A stretch of 64,000 nt of DNA from positions 391,425 to 455,424 of the forward strand of contig CAWKPI010000004.1 of NCBI GenBank assembly GCA_963851455.1, read 5' to 3'. Made by a program: the position numbers and the translations under genes. Shown here piece after piece: positions 55,000 through 64,000 of the stretch (positions are counted from its first letter, which is position 1; each line of letters opens with the position of its first letter). Source of the stretch: an uncultured Nitrospiraceae bacterium. Lineage in GTDB: Bacteria > Nitrospirota > Nitrospiria > Nitrospirales > Nitrospiraceae. The notes under the pieces were generated by a model that saw nothing but the letters and a program-made list of their open reading frames with translations, ran no database searches and was not told where the DNA came from.

Positions 55000-55080
55000 T
55001 GGCTTGGTGGACGGCTCATGGGGGTTGTCTTAGTGTTTCGCGACGTCAGCGAACGACAGCGCCACCATCGTCGTTGCTAG
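55000..55080 (+). pseudogene. PAS/PAC motif remnant
   Basis: Own translation GRLMGVVLVFRDVSERQR, bounded by stops. Confidence 0.6.
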
Positions 55081-55325
55081 ATTCACCGCTCTTCATCAAG
55101 AACATCTTTTAAAATTGCTCGTAAACACCGTTGTCCTCTATCGGGCACGCAAGTTGTACCTCCTTGTAACACCATGTTACACATCGGACGTCTCTGAGCA
55201 TTTATCAGCATGAGAACCTAATTCAGATTGGTGTGGGATGTTTGCAGTATCGACACGTCAATATTGGATGGCATAGAAAGAACAGAAGTGAAGAGCGTCA
55301 GTCTACTGTAATTGGAGGTGTGACT

Positions 55326-55772
55326 ATGAGAAAATTTATTTTCGTCCTCTTGATCCTGATCTTTGTTCAGACGACCACCTCAGTGCTTGCAGAACAAGAT
55401 GCAATAGTCACCGGTGTGATGAAAGGGTCAAGAACGATCGGTGGCCAGAACATTGAATATCCCAAAACCGATAAGGCAGAAATCACCTCGGTCATGATCG
55501 AAATCCAACCTGGGAAGGAAAGCGGGCGCCACATGCATCCAGTTCCCACCTACGTTCATGTCCTTGAGGGAACATTGACGGTGGAATTTGAGGATGGCTC
55601 TCGCCAGCCCTTTAAAGCTGGGAGTGGATTTTTAGAGGCTGTGAACACCTGGCATAACGTGAAGAACTTAGGGGAAGCACCGCTGAAATTCCTGGTACTC
55701 TTTGCAGGCGAAGAAGGAAAACCGAATCTTATCCGACCCGAAAAACATAAGACATCGGCCACGACCAATTGA
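55326..55772 (+). CDS. Exported cupin protein
   Basis: GGAGGTG RBS; signal peptide; HMHPVPTYVHVLEG and WH. Confidence 0.88.
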   Translation: MRKFIFVLLILIFVQTTTSVLAEQDAIVTGVMKGSRTIGGQNIEYPKTDKAEITSVMIEIQPGKESGRHMHPVPTYVHVLEGTLTVEFEDGSRQPFKAGSGFLEAVNTWHNVKNLGEAPLKFLVLFAGEEGKPNLIRPEKHKTSATTN

Positions 55773-55895
55773 TTCAAAAACAGTTTTCCAGACCACTTCA
55801 ATTTTCGGCTTGCGGCATTAGAAAATCAGCATCCCCTCTTGAACTCGGTGTGAGGTAAAGGTAGTGGGTCAGGTTGAAAAAGTTTATTTTTGCTT

Positions 55896-56128
55896 TTGCA
55901 TCACCTGTTCGCCCGCAGGTCGTGCAAACATAATTGCCGGTGCAGCAAGGTGAGCCAGTGGCCTATGTCCAGCGACAGCTAGGGCATGCGAGCATCCAAC
56001 TCACGGTGGACACCTATGGCAAGTGGTTGCCGATGGAAAGTCAGGCGGCCGTCGACCGGTTAGATGCGCAGATTTTGGAAAGTGGTAGCAAAATGGTAGC
56101 AACGGTCAAGGAGGAAACTACTAAGTCG
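55896..56128 (+). pseudogene. Tyrosine integrase C-terminal remnant
   Basis: QQGEPVAYVQRQLGHASIQLTVDTYGKWLP (box II with catalytic Tyr); degraded LHHLFA upstream. Confidence 0.85.
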
Positions 56129-56203
56129 TGGAGCTGGCGAGAGGAATTGAACCTCCAACCTGTGGTTTACAAAACCACTGCTCTGCCATTGAGCTACGCC
56201 AGC
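56129..56203 (-). tRNA. tRNA-Thr(TGT)
   Basis: GCTGGCG/CGCCAGC acceptor stem, GTGGT-TTTGTAA-ACCAC, GGTTCAATTCC, CCA. Confidence 0.96.
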
Positions 56204-56350
56204 ATTGCCCGAAGTTTCCCATAGATAGCTGATCGCTGCAAGCGGCCCTACAACAGCGTTGTGTATAACGTTGGGAAACTTCTTGGGCCGTTTTGACAAC
56301 TTCAGCCTTCCATTGCACCATTTTCAGCCCAACTGCGCCGACCACAACTC

Positions 56351-57094
56351 TTAGCTAGGTGTGGCGAGCTGATCTGATTCATGAGGAAGACTACGCGCAA
56401 CGACGTTTGCGATGGCGTAGGACATACGGCTCTGGGGCCAGGCTTCCAATGTGACGTGAGCGTGCCAGGCATCTGCAATGGCTCGCTTCATTTCATGCGG
56501 CTGGGCATCAATCCTACTGAGGAACGCGCCATGCTGCCGGTCTCCTCGGTAGTCCGGTTTCCGCTTGGGTTCCTTCAGATAGCGCGCGACGAGATCGCCC
56601 TGCATGGCATAGAGGATCGTGCCATGAAAGAGCAGGGCATGCCGTTTTCGTCGTTGGGCATTCCCCGAGATTTTCATCCCGCCGATCGCCAGATCGCTGA
56701 TGCCCTGGAAAGCGGTGGCCGGCTGCCATCGATGGAGCGCCGTGGCAATCCGCTCGAGGATGAATTGATTGGTGCTGCGGATGTTCGCGAGGTGAGGATG
56801 CAGCGTGAGCGGCAGCACGAGCGCATACGATAGGCAGCCGGGTCCTTGCAGGACGGTCCCGCCGCCGCTGGCCCGACGCAGCACGTTCACACCGTCTTCT
56901 TCGCAGGCGGTGAGATGCACATCGTCGATGACGCGACAGGCAGGACCCAGCACCACGAAGTGACGGTCGCTCTCCCAAAAACGGAGCACAGGATCCCCGT
57001 CGTGCTCTTCCAGTTCATCCAGCAACGCTTCGTCGAGGGCGAGATTCTCGACCGGCGTCGGCAGGGTTAGATCAAGCAGGCGGAATGCAGGCAC
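56351..57094 (-). CDS. Lipoate-protein ligase family (catalytic domain only)
   Basis: NLALDEALL, RRASGGGTV, KISGNAQ, HGT. Confidence 0.88.
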   Translation of the reverse strand: MPAFRLLDLTLPTPVENLALDEALLDELEEHDGDPVLRFWESDRHFVVLGPACRVIDDVHLTACEEDGVNVLRRASGGGTVLQGPGCLSYALVLPLTLHPHLANIRSTNQFILERIATALHRWQPATAFQGISDLAIGGMKISGNAQRRKRHALLFHGTILYAMQGDLVARYLKEPKRKPDYRGDRQHGAFLSRIDAQPHEMKRAIADAWHAHVTLEAWPQSRMSYAIANVVARSLPHESDQLATPS

Positions 57095-57099
57095 GGCGT

Positions 57100-58516
57100 T
57101 TACCGCTTGGACGTCTTTGACACGTAGATATGGGTGGCCTGTCCATGGAACGATTCGGCTGCCTCCATGACCGTCTCGCTCAAGGTCGGATGCGGGTGAA
57201 TCGACGCGGCCACGTCTTCGGCCACCGCGCCCATTTCGACTGCCAAGACTCCCTCGGCGATCAGTTCGCCCGCGCCGACCCCGCAGATGCCCACACCAAG
57301 GACGCGGCCGGATTCCGCATCCAGAACCAGTTTCGTCAGACCGTCGTTACGTCCCAACGTGGTGGCACGGCCGGATGCCGCCCAGGGAAACCGGGTGATC
57401 GTCACCGCTTGTCCCGAGGCCTTGGCGGCCTCTTCCGTGAGTCCGCACCAGGCGATTTCCGGATCGGTAAAGATGACGGCTGGAATGGTCGCGTCGAACA
57501 CCGCCTGCTGACCGGCGATCACCCGGGCGGCGACCAGTCCTTCATGCGAGGCTTTATGCGCGAGCATCGGCTCGCCGACCACATCGCCGATCGCGAAGAT
57601 CGCCGGTTCGGCGGTCCGCATCTGTCGATCGACCTGGATGAAGCCCTCCGGAGAGAGCGCAATCTTGGTCTGCTCAAGTCCCAGCTGCTCCGTGTTGGGC
57701 TTTCGCCCGACAGCGACGAGCACGCGGTCATAGATCTCGGTGGTGCTGCCGTCAGGCCCCGTGCAGGTGGCGGCAATGCCGTTCTTGCGCGGATCAAGTT
57801 TCTCGACTTTGGTGTCGAGTTTGATCGCCTTGAAGCGGCGCTGCATGCGCTGATGCAGCGGCCGGACGAGATCAGGGTCGGCGCCGTTCAGCAGCCGCGG
57901 CAGCGCTTCGACAACCGTCACCTCAGATCCTAATGCCTGGTACACGGTTCCCAGTTCCAGGCCGATGTAGCCGCCGCCAACGACCAGCAGGCGTGCCGGG
58001 ATGTCCGGCAACTCCAGTGCGCCCGTTGAATCCATCACGCGCGGATCGTCGATCTTCAACGACTTCGGAATAGCCGGCCGCGAGCCGGTGGCGAGGATCG
58101 CCTGGGCGAACGAGAGTTCACGCGGTTCACCACCTGACAGCGCGAGCGTCGTAGCCATTCTTGAACGTCGCGCGCGCCCGGATGACGTCGACCTTGCGGC
58201 TGCCCGCCAAGGTCTGCACGCCTTTCGTTAGTTTGCCGATGATCGTCTTCGTCCGAGCCCGCATGGCCTCGAGATCGACCTTGGGCTTCTCAAAGCGGAT
58301 GCCCCAGGCCTGCGCCTCTTCCGCTTCGCTGACCACGCGCGCGGCATGCAGCAACGCCTTCGAGGGAATGCAGCCGCGCAAGAGACAGACGCCGCCCAGT
58401 TGCGGCTCCTGGTCGATCAAGACGGTCCGTAAACCGAGATCCGCCGCCTGAAAGGCCGCGGCATAGCCGCCCGGCCCGGCGCCGATGACCGCGACGTCAT
58501 AACGGGATTCATCCAT
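57100..58516 (-). CDS. lpdA: Dihydrolipoamide dehydrogenase (indel near 58160)
   Basis: GAGPGG, CLLRGCIPSK, GGGYIGLE, HPHPTLSE. Confidence 0.95.
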
Positions 58517-58587
58517 GGATCCTCTTTTCAGTTTCGGTTGTTACGCTGACAGGATTAATTCAGCACTCAAGACTCAGCACTTCTTCC

Positions 58588-59949
58588 TCACAGCCCGAGG
58601 AACATCGCCTGAAAGTCTTCCAGGATCTTGACGATCTCGTTGGTGAAGCGCGCGCCGTCGGCGCCATCGATCAGCCGGTGATCATAGGCCACGCAGAGCG
58701 GCAGCATCATGCGAGGCACGAATTGCCCATCGCGGTAGATCGGCGTCCTGCGGCCCTTGCCAACTCCTAAGATGGCGACCTGCGGCGGATAGACAATGGG
58801 GGTGAACGGACCGGCGCCGAGCCCGCCCATATTGCTGACGGTGAACGTGGCGCCACGCAGCTCTTCGAGCGTGACTTTACGCGTGCGGGTGCGTTCGGCG
58901 AGATCGGCCAGCTCCAGGGAAATTTGAAGCAGATCTTTCTGATCCACATGATGGACCACCGGCACGATCAACCCGTCCGGCGTTTCCACCGCCACACCGA
59001 TGTTGTAGTACTCCTTGTAGATCACTTCGCCGTTGGTGAGGTCGAGCGTAGCGTTGAACTGCGGGTAGAGCTTGAGCGCGTGCGTCACGGCCTTGAGAAA
59101 CAGGCTGGTCAGCGTCAACGTTGCGCCTTTTTCTTTGAATTGCGGCGCGTAGCGCTTGTGCAGGCCGAGGAGATCGGTGATGTCGGCGTCCTGGAACTGA
59201 TGGACGTGTGGAATCGTCGTCCAGGCTTGAGTCACTGTCGCCGCGATTTTCCGCCGGAGTGAAGGGATCGCTTCCCGCCGTTCGCTGCCGTACATCGTCG
59301 AAAAGACGTTACCGCCTTTGTCGTGGCCGTCCTTGCTCGATGGCGCCCCCGCGCGCCGAGTCCGCTCACGCACATAGGCTTTCACATCTTCGGCCGTGAT
59401 CCGCCCGCCCGCCTCCAAGCCTTTCACGTGCGTGAGATCCACGCCGAGCTCGCGTGCCAGCCGGCGCACGGACGGAGGCGCGGGGATGGTGGCGCCGGAG
59501 GATTGTGAGGGTTCTGCGGCAGGGTCGGCATGAGCCGGCTCAGTCGCCGGCTGCTCGGGTGCGGATGACGACTCGGGAGCGGACGGTTGTGCCTGGTGCC
59601 CTTCTCGTGGCTTGACGGATTGCGCATGGGCGGCTTCGACCGCCGGCGGTGGTTGTGGAGCAGGGGCGATTGCAGGTTTCCCGGGCGCCGATGTCTTGGA
59701 GGCTTGCGCCTCACCCTCTGCACGTTCAAGTTCGACCAGCGCTTGCCCGACTTTCAGGTGGTCGCCCTGACGAACGAGCAGGCGTGCGATTTTCCCGGCG
59801 GCCGGTGCCGGCACCGGCACGGTGGCTTTATCGGTCTCCAGCTCGATCAACGATTGTCCCTCGGTCACCTGATCGCCCTCGTGGACCAGGACTTGGACGA
59901 CGTCGCCCCCCTCGATGCCTTCTGCGAGAAACGGCAGTTCCACTCTCAT
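58588..59949 (-). CDS. aceF: Dihydrolipoamide acetyltransferase E2, one lipoyl domain
   Basis: ETDKAT, PSVRRLARELGVDL, DHRLIDGA. Confidence 0.9.
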   Translation of the reverse strand: MRVELPFLAEGIEGGDVVQVLVHEGDQVTEGQSLIELETDKATVPVPAPAAGKIARLLVRQGDHLKVGQALVELERAEGEAQASKTSAPGKPAIAPAPQPPPAVEAAHAQSVKPREGHQAQPSAPESSSAPEQPATEPAHADPAAEPSQSSGATIPAPPSVRRLARELGVDLTHVKGLEAGGRITAEDVKAYVRERTRRAGAPSSKDGHDKGGNVFSTMYGSERREAIPSLRRKIAATVTQAWTTIPHVHQFQDADITDLLGLHKRYAPQFKEKGATLTLTSLFLKAVTHALKLYPQFNATLDLTNGEVIYKEYYNIGVAVETPDGLIVPVVHHVDQKDLLQISLELADLAERTRTRKVTLEELRGATFTVSNMGGLGAGPFTPIVYPPQVAILGVGKGRRTPIYRDGQFVPRMMLPLCVAYDHRLIDGADGARFTNEIVKILEDFQAMFLGL

Positions 59950-59986
59950 GGGTCGTAATCCTTATCGTACTGCCCCGTGATATCGC

Positions 59987-62671
59987 TCAACGCTGCCAGG
60001 GCGCCTGGTCGTCCGCGCGGATCCCGAGATCCTCTGCAGCCTGCCGGACTGTCTTGGCTTCAATTTTCCCGTCCCGCTGGTGCAGGGCGTATAACGTTGC
60101 CACCACCAGATGTTCGGCATCGATTTCGAAAAACCGGCGCAAGGCTTGTCGGGTGTCGCTCCGGCCGAATCCGTCGGTGCCCAGCGCAAGCAGGCCGCCG
60201 GACATCCATGGAGCAATTTGTTCACTGACGAGGCGGACATAATCGCTCACCGCCACAGAGGGACCGTCGAGTGCTTGAACGGTCTTCTGGAGATAGCTGA
60301 TTCGCGGCGGGTCTACCGGATGCAACATGTTCCACCGCTCAGCCTCCAGCGCCCGCAGACGCAAATTTTTATAACTGGTCACACTCCACACATCGGCCGC
60401 CACGCCGTAGCGCTGCAGCAGGAGATCCTGCGCCCGCAGCGCCTCGTTCACCAGCGGGCCACTCGCCAGAAGATGCGCCCGGTACTTGGCGCGCTCCGGT
60501 GCCGGCCGGAAGCGATACATCCCTTCCCGTATTCCTTCCTCTGCGTGAGGCGGCATGGCCGGCATCGGGTAGGATTCGTTGTAGAGCGTGATGTAATAGG
60601 ACAACTCTTCCTGGTCCTGATACATGCGCTTGAGCCCGTCTTGCAGAATGACCGCCAGTTCAAACATGAAGGCCGGATCATAGGCGGCAATCGTCGGAAA
60701 CGCGCTGGCCAGCAGATGGCTATGCCCATCCTGATGCTGCAGGCCTTCGCCTTCCAACGTCGTGCGTCCGGCGGTTGCGCCCAGCAGGAAGCCGCGGGTC
60801 CGCATATCGGAGGCGGCCCAGATCAAATCGCCGACGCGTTGAAAGCCGAACATCGAGTAAAAAATGTAGAAGGGGATCGTATTGAGGGCATGCGTCGCGT
60901 AGGCCGTGCCGGTAGCGATATACGACGACATCGCTCCCGCCTCCGTGATGCCTTCTTCGAGGATTTGTCCATTGGTCGCTTCGAAGTAATAGAGCAGGGA
61001 ACTCTTGTCGACCGGTTCATAGAGCTGCCCGATATGCGAATAGATGCCATACTGGCGGAAGAGCGCCTCCAGGCCAAACGTACGTGCTTCGTCGGGAATG
61101 ATCGGCACGAGATGCTTCCCGAATTCTTTAATGCCGAGCAGACGGCCCAGCATGCGGGCAAACCCCATCGTCGTGGACACCGCCCGCTCACCCGAGCCCT
61201 CGAGGAACTCCTTGAACTGTTCGAGCGCCGGCGTCTCAAGGGATTCGACCTTCACGCGCCGTTCCGGCAGGAACCCGCCCATGGCCTTGCGCCGCTCGGC
61301 GAGGTAGGTGGCTTCCGGGCTGCCGGCCGGCGGCCGGAAAAATGGGGTCGACCCGAGTTGGTCGTCGGAAACTGGCACGCCGAAGCGGGTGCGGAACTCG
61401 CGCAGTTCGTGCTCGTTCATCTTTTTCTGCTGATGGGTGATGTTGCGGCCTTCGCCCGCTTCGCCCAATCCGTAGCCTTTGATCGTTTTGGCCAGGATCA
61501 CGGTGGGCTGGCCCTTGTGCTCGACAGCGGCTTTGTAGGCGGCATACAGTTTTCGCGGATCGTGGCCCCCGCGCAGCATCTTGTGGATCTGCTCGTCCGA
61601 ATAGGTCTCCACCATTTTGAGTAGCCGTGGATCGGCGCCGAAGAAATGTTTGCGCGCAAACGCGCCCCCTTCCACCGTATATTTTTGATACCAGCCGTCG
61701 ACCACCTCGCCCATGCGCTTTACGAGCAGGCCTTCGTCGTCCTGGGCGAGCAATGGATCCCAGTCGCTGCCCCAGATCACCTTGATGACGTTCCAGCCGG
61801 CGCCGTGGAAGATGGCTTCCAGCTCCTGAATGATTTTGCCGTTGCCGCGCACCGGGCCATCGAGGCGCTGGAGATTGCAGTTGACGACCCAAATCAGATT
61901 GTCTAGCCGTTCGCGGGAGGCCAGCGTGAGCGCCCCGAGGCTTTCCGGCTCGTCGGTTTCGCCGTCGCCGACAAACGCCCACACGCGCTGCTGGCTCGTA
62001 TCTTTGAGACCCCGGTCCTGAAGGTACCGGTTGAAGCGCGCCTGGTAGATCGACATGATGGCGCCGAGCCCCATCGAGACCGTGGGAAATTCCCAATAGT
62101 CGGGCAGGAGCCACGGATGCGGATAGGACGACAGGCCCCGTCCGCTGCCGCTCAGCTCGCGGCGGAAGTGATGCAGCGCCTCTTCCGATAGGCGGCCTTC
62201 AACGTAGCCCCGCGCATAGATGCCCGGCGCGGCATGGCCCTGAAAATACACCAGATCGCCGCCCTGCGGTCCGTCTTTCCCATGCAGAAAATGATGAAAG
62301 GCGACTTCATACAAGGTGGCCGCCGAGGCAAAGGTCGAGATATGCCCGCCGATACCGGGATGCTGCTTGTTGGCTTTGACCACCATCGCCATGGCATTCC
62401 AGCGAATGAAGCTGCGGATCCGGCGTTCGATCTCGAGATTGCCGGGGTAGGGCGGTTCCTGAGCGGCAGGGATGGTATTGATGTAGGGCGTATTGAGCGG
62501 GGCGGAGACCTGTGCGCCGCGTGCGCCGAGCCGATCACGGAGACGCTCGAAGAGATACGTCGCACGGTCGACGCCTTTCGCCTGCAGCACGTAGTCCATG
62601 GAATCCAACCACTCACGGGTTTCTTGCGGATCAGTATCGGATGACTCTGGCAGAAGATGCTCATCACTCAT
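59987..62671 (-). CDS. aceE: Pyruvate dehydrogenase E1, homodimeric type
   Basis: DPQETREWL, GGHIST, GDGETDEPES, NCNLQRLDGPV, GTDGFGRS. Confidence 0.96.
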   Translation of the reverse strand: MSDEHLLPESSDTDPQETREWLDSMDYVLQAKGVDRATYLFERLRDRLGARGAQVSAPLNTPYINTIPAAQEPPYPGNLEIERRIRSFIRWNAMAMVVKANKQHPGIGGHISTFASAATLYEVAFHHFLHGKDGPQGGDLVYFQGHAAPGIYARGYVEGRLSEEALHHFRRELSGSGRGLSSYPHPWLLPDYWEFPTVSMGLGAIMSIYQARFNRYLQDRGLKDTSQQRVWAFVGDGETDEPESLGALTLASRERLDNLIWVVNCNLQRLDGPVRGNGKIIQELEAIFHGAGWNVIKVIWGSDWDPLLAQDDEGLLVKRMGEVVDGWYQKYTVEGGAFARKHFFGADPRLLKMVETYSDEQIHKMLRGGHDPRKLYAAYKAAVEHKGQPTVILAKTIKGYGLGEAGEGRNITHQQKKMNEHELREFRTRFGVPVSDDQLGSTPFFRPPAGSPEATYLAERRKAMGGFLPERRVKVESLETPALEQFKEFLEGSGERAVSTTMGFARMLGRLLGIKEFGKHLVPIIPDEARTFGLEALFRQYGIYSHIGQLYEPVDKSSLLYYFEATNGQILEEGITEAGAMSSYIATGTAYATHALNTIPFYIFYSMFGFQRVGDLIWAASDMRTRGFLLGATAGRTTLEGEGLQHQDGHSHLLASAFPTIAAYDPAFMFELAVILQDGLKRMYQDQEELSYYITLYNESYPMPAMPPHAEEGIREGMYRFRPAPERAKYRAHLLASGPLVNEALRAQDLLLQRYGVAADVWSVTSYKNLRLRALEAERWNMLHPVDPPRISYLQKTVQALDGPSVAVSDYVRLVSEQIAPWMSGGLLALGTDGFGRSDTRQALRRFFEIDAEHLVVATLYALHQRDGKIEAKTVRQAAEDLGIRADDQAPWQR

Positions 62672-62875
62672 GCGATTCTCACATAGCAACGGTCAAAGAG
62701 GATTTCTGTGGTAACTGCCACCCATTGTACCCGAGAGCGACCTAAAGATCGCAACATTCTCATCACAGTGTGTTCTCGACTGCCGAAGACCCTTCGCCCT
62801 GTCTCCTTCACGTCCTAGAGAAGGATGACCTGGTAAGAAGATGCAGAGACAAAGGCATTGGAAGGTCATGAATGG

Positions 62876-62903
62876 TTGACATATCAACTTTCATTTATAT
62901 ATA
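62876..62903 (+). promoter_or_regulatory. arsR promoter with overlapping ArsR-type operator
   Basis: TTGACA...TATATA; ATCAA-N6-TTTAT between the hexamers. Confidence 0.6.
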
Positions 62904-62910
62904 AGAGGAC

Positions 62911-63231
62911 ATGGTGACTTCATTAGCAGCTCGCGTCAAAGTTAGTTCTGCGTTTCATGCCTTATCAGATCCAACACGTCTTGAACTCATCAACCGGCTT
63001 GCCGGCGGAGAGCAGTGTGTCTGCGAGTTGACGGATGCCATGCAGACCGGGCAATCGCGCTTGTCGTTTCATCTGAAAGTGTTAAAGGATGCAGGTCTCA
63101 TCCAAGATCGTCGAGAGGGACGGTGGATGTACTATGCCCTCAATGAAGAGGCCTTTTCGGAAGTGGAAGAAGTGATTCGCACCCTAAAGAAAAGTGCTTC
63201 GCTCGGTCAATCGGCCAAACGCCGCTGCTAG
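62911..63231 (+). CDS. arsR: ArsR family repressor
   Basis: FHALSDPTRL, EQCVCEL, LSFHLKVL. Confidence 0.92.
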   Translation: MVTSLAARVKVSSAFHALSDPTRLELINRLAGGEQCVCELTDAMQTGQSRLSFHLKVLKDAGLIQDRREGRWMYYALNEEAFSEVEEVIRTLKKSASLGQSAKRRC

Positions 63232-63248
63232 TTTTTTTTGCTCGAATG

Positions 63249-63266
63249 CATCAACAGAAGTTGATG
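63249..63266. promoter_or_regulatory. Second ArsR-type operator CATCAAC-AGAA-GTTGATG
   Basis: Perfect palindrome (ATCAA-N6-TTGAT) between arsR and acr3. Confidence 0.65.
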
Positions 63267-63292
63267 AACTCTTTCACTGGAAAGACATCTCA

Positions 63293-64000
63293 ATGGAACT
63301 CGTACTAGACAGAGCAATTCCGGTTTCTGAGAAACGGCTCAATCTGTTCGAGCGGTATCTGACGGTATGGGTCGGACTCTGCATGGTAGCAGGAGTGGCG
63401 TTAGGGAAATGGGCTCCAAGCGTTGTGCAGTCCTTCAGGAGTCTGGAGTTCGGGGCAGATAGCCATATCAATGTTCCCATTGCCATTCTGATTTGGCTCA
63501 TGATCATCCCCATGATGATGAGGGTAGATTTCGCTTCTGTGCGGAATGTCGGAAGAAAGCCGAAAGGGTTGCTGATAACTCTTTTTGTTAACTGGGTTGT
63601 GAAGCCTTTCTCAATGGCGTTTCTCGCCTGGCTTTTCTTCCGGCATCTGTTTTCATCGTGGATTTCTCCCTCGGAGGCTGATCAATACATCGCGGGGGCC
63701 ATCATTTTGGCCGCTGCCCCGTGTACCGCTATGGTTTTTGTGTGGAGCTACCTCACCGATGGCGACCCGGCCTATACATTAGTTCAAGTATCGGTGAATG
63801 ACCTCATTATGCTGTGTCCTTTTCGCGCCTATCGTCGGATTATTGATCGCGGGTGCATCATCTCTCACGGTGCCGTTTATGGTGTTGTTGTATTCCGTGA
63901 TCCTCTTCATCGTGATTCCTCTGACGGCTGGCTCACTGATCCGCAGCTGGTCGATCCGCACGCATGGGGCAACCTGGTTTAACGATGTGCTCTTGCCTAT
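63293..64000 (+). CDS. acr3: Acr3 arsenite efflux transporter (partial, indels)
   Basis: FERYLTVWV, LIWLMIIPMM, NWVVKPFSM, APCTAMVFVWS. Confidence 0.93.

Larger units (their letters stand above)
50054..56173. mobile_element. Decayed integrative element at tRNA-Thr(TGT), about 6.1 kb
   Basis: Identical 44-bp repeats at 50054-50097 and 56130-56173; tyrosine integrase remnant beside the tRNA. Confidence 0.88.

Noticed and set aside
60110-61624. 504-aa antisense ORF
   Set aside because: Shadow of GC-rich aceE with no recognisable motifs.

Overview
Bacterial chromosomal segment, most likely Nitrospira/Nitrospirota (inferred from gene complement and style, not tested). Many essential genes at about 1-9.5 kb and 36-47 kb carry single-base indels that look like long-read errors. 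Core genes include trpBA, lnt-prfB-lysS-lolE-lolD plus a TraF-like beta-barrel/lipoprotein pair, a dCache-GAF-GGDEF cyclase, two PilZ proteins, an archaeal-type topoisomerase VI (top6BA), ahpC, addBA, lgt, comM, clpB, a GlrK-QseG-GlrR-like triad, aceE-aceF-lpdA with a lipoate ligase, and arsR-acr3. RNA genes are a 6S RNA, tRNA-Leu(TAA) and tRNA-Thr(TGT). A ~6.1 kb decayed element is integrated at tRNA-Thr, with 44-bp att repeats, an integrase remnant and candidate arm sites. It carries two Crp/Fnr regulators, a lone MEDS domain, CsbD, DUF1328, a cupin and a duplicated ~140-bp sigma54-type module. The strongest leads are a beta-clamp-like QMALF motif in the predicted Top6B tail, the orphan duplicated sigma54 module, and a DnaA-box/palindrome cluster upstream of 6S RNA.
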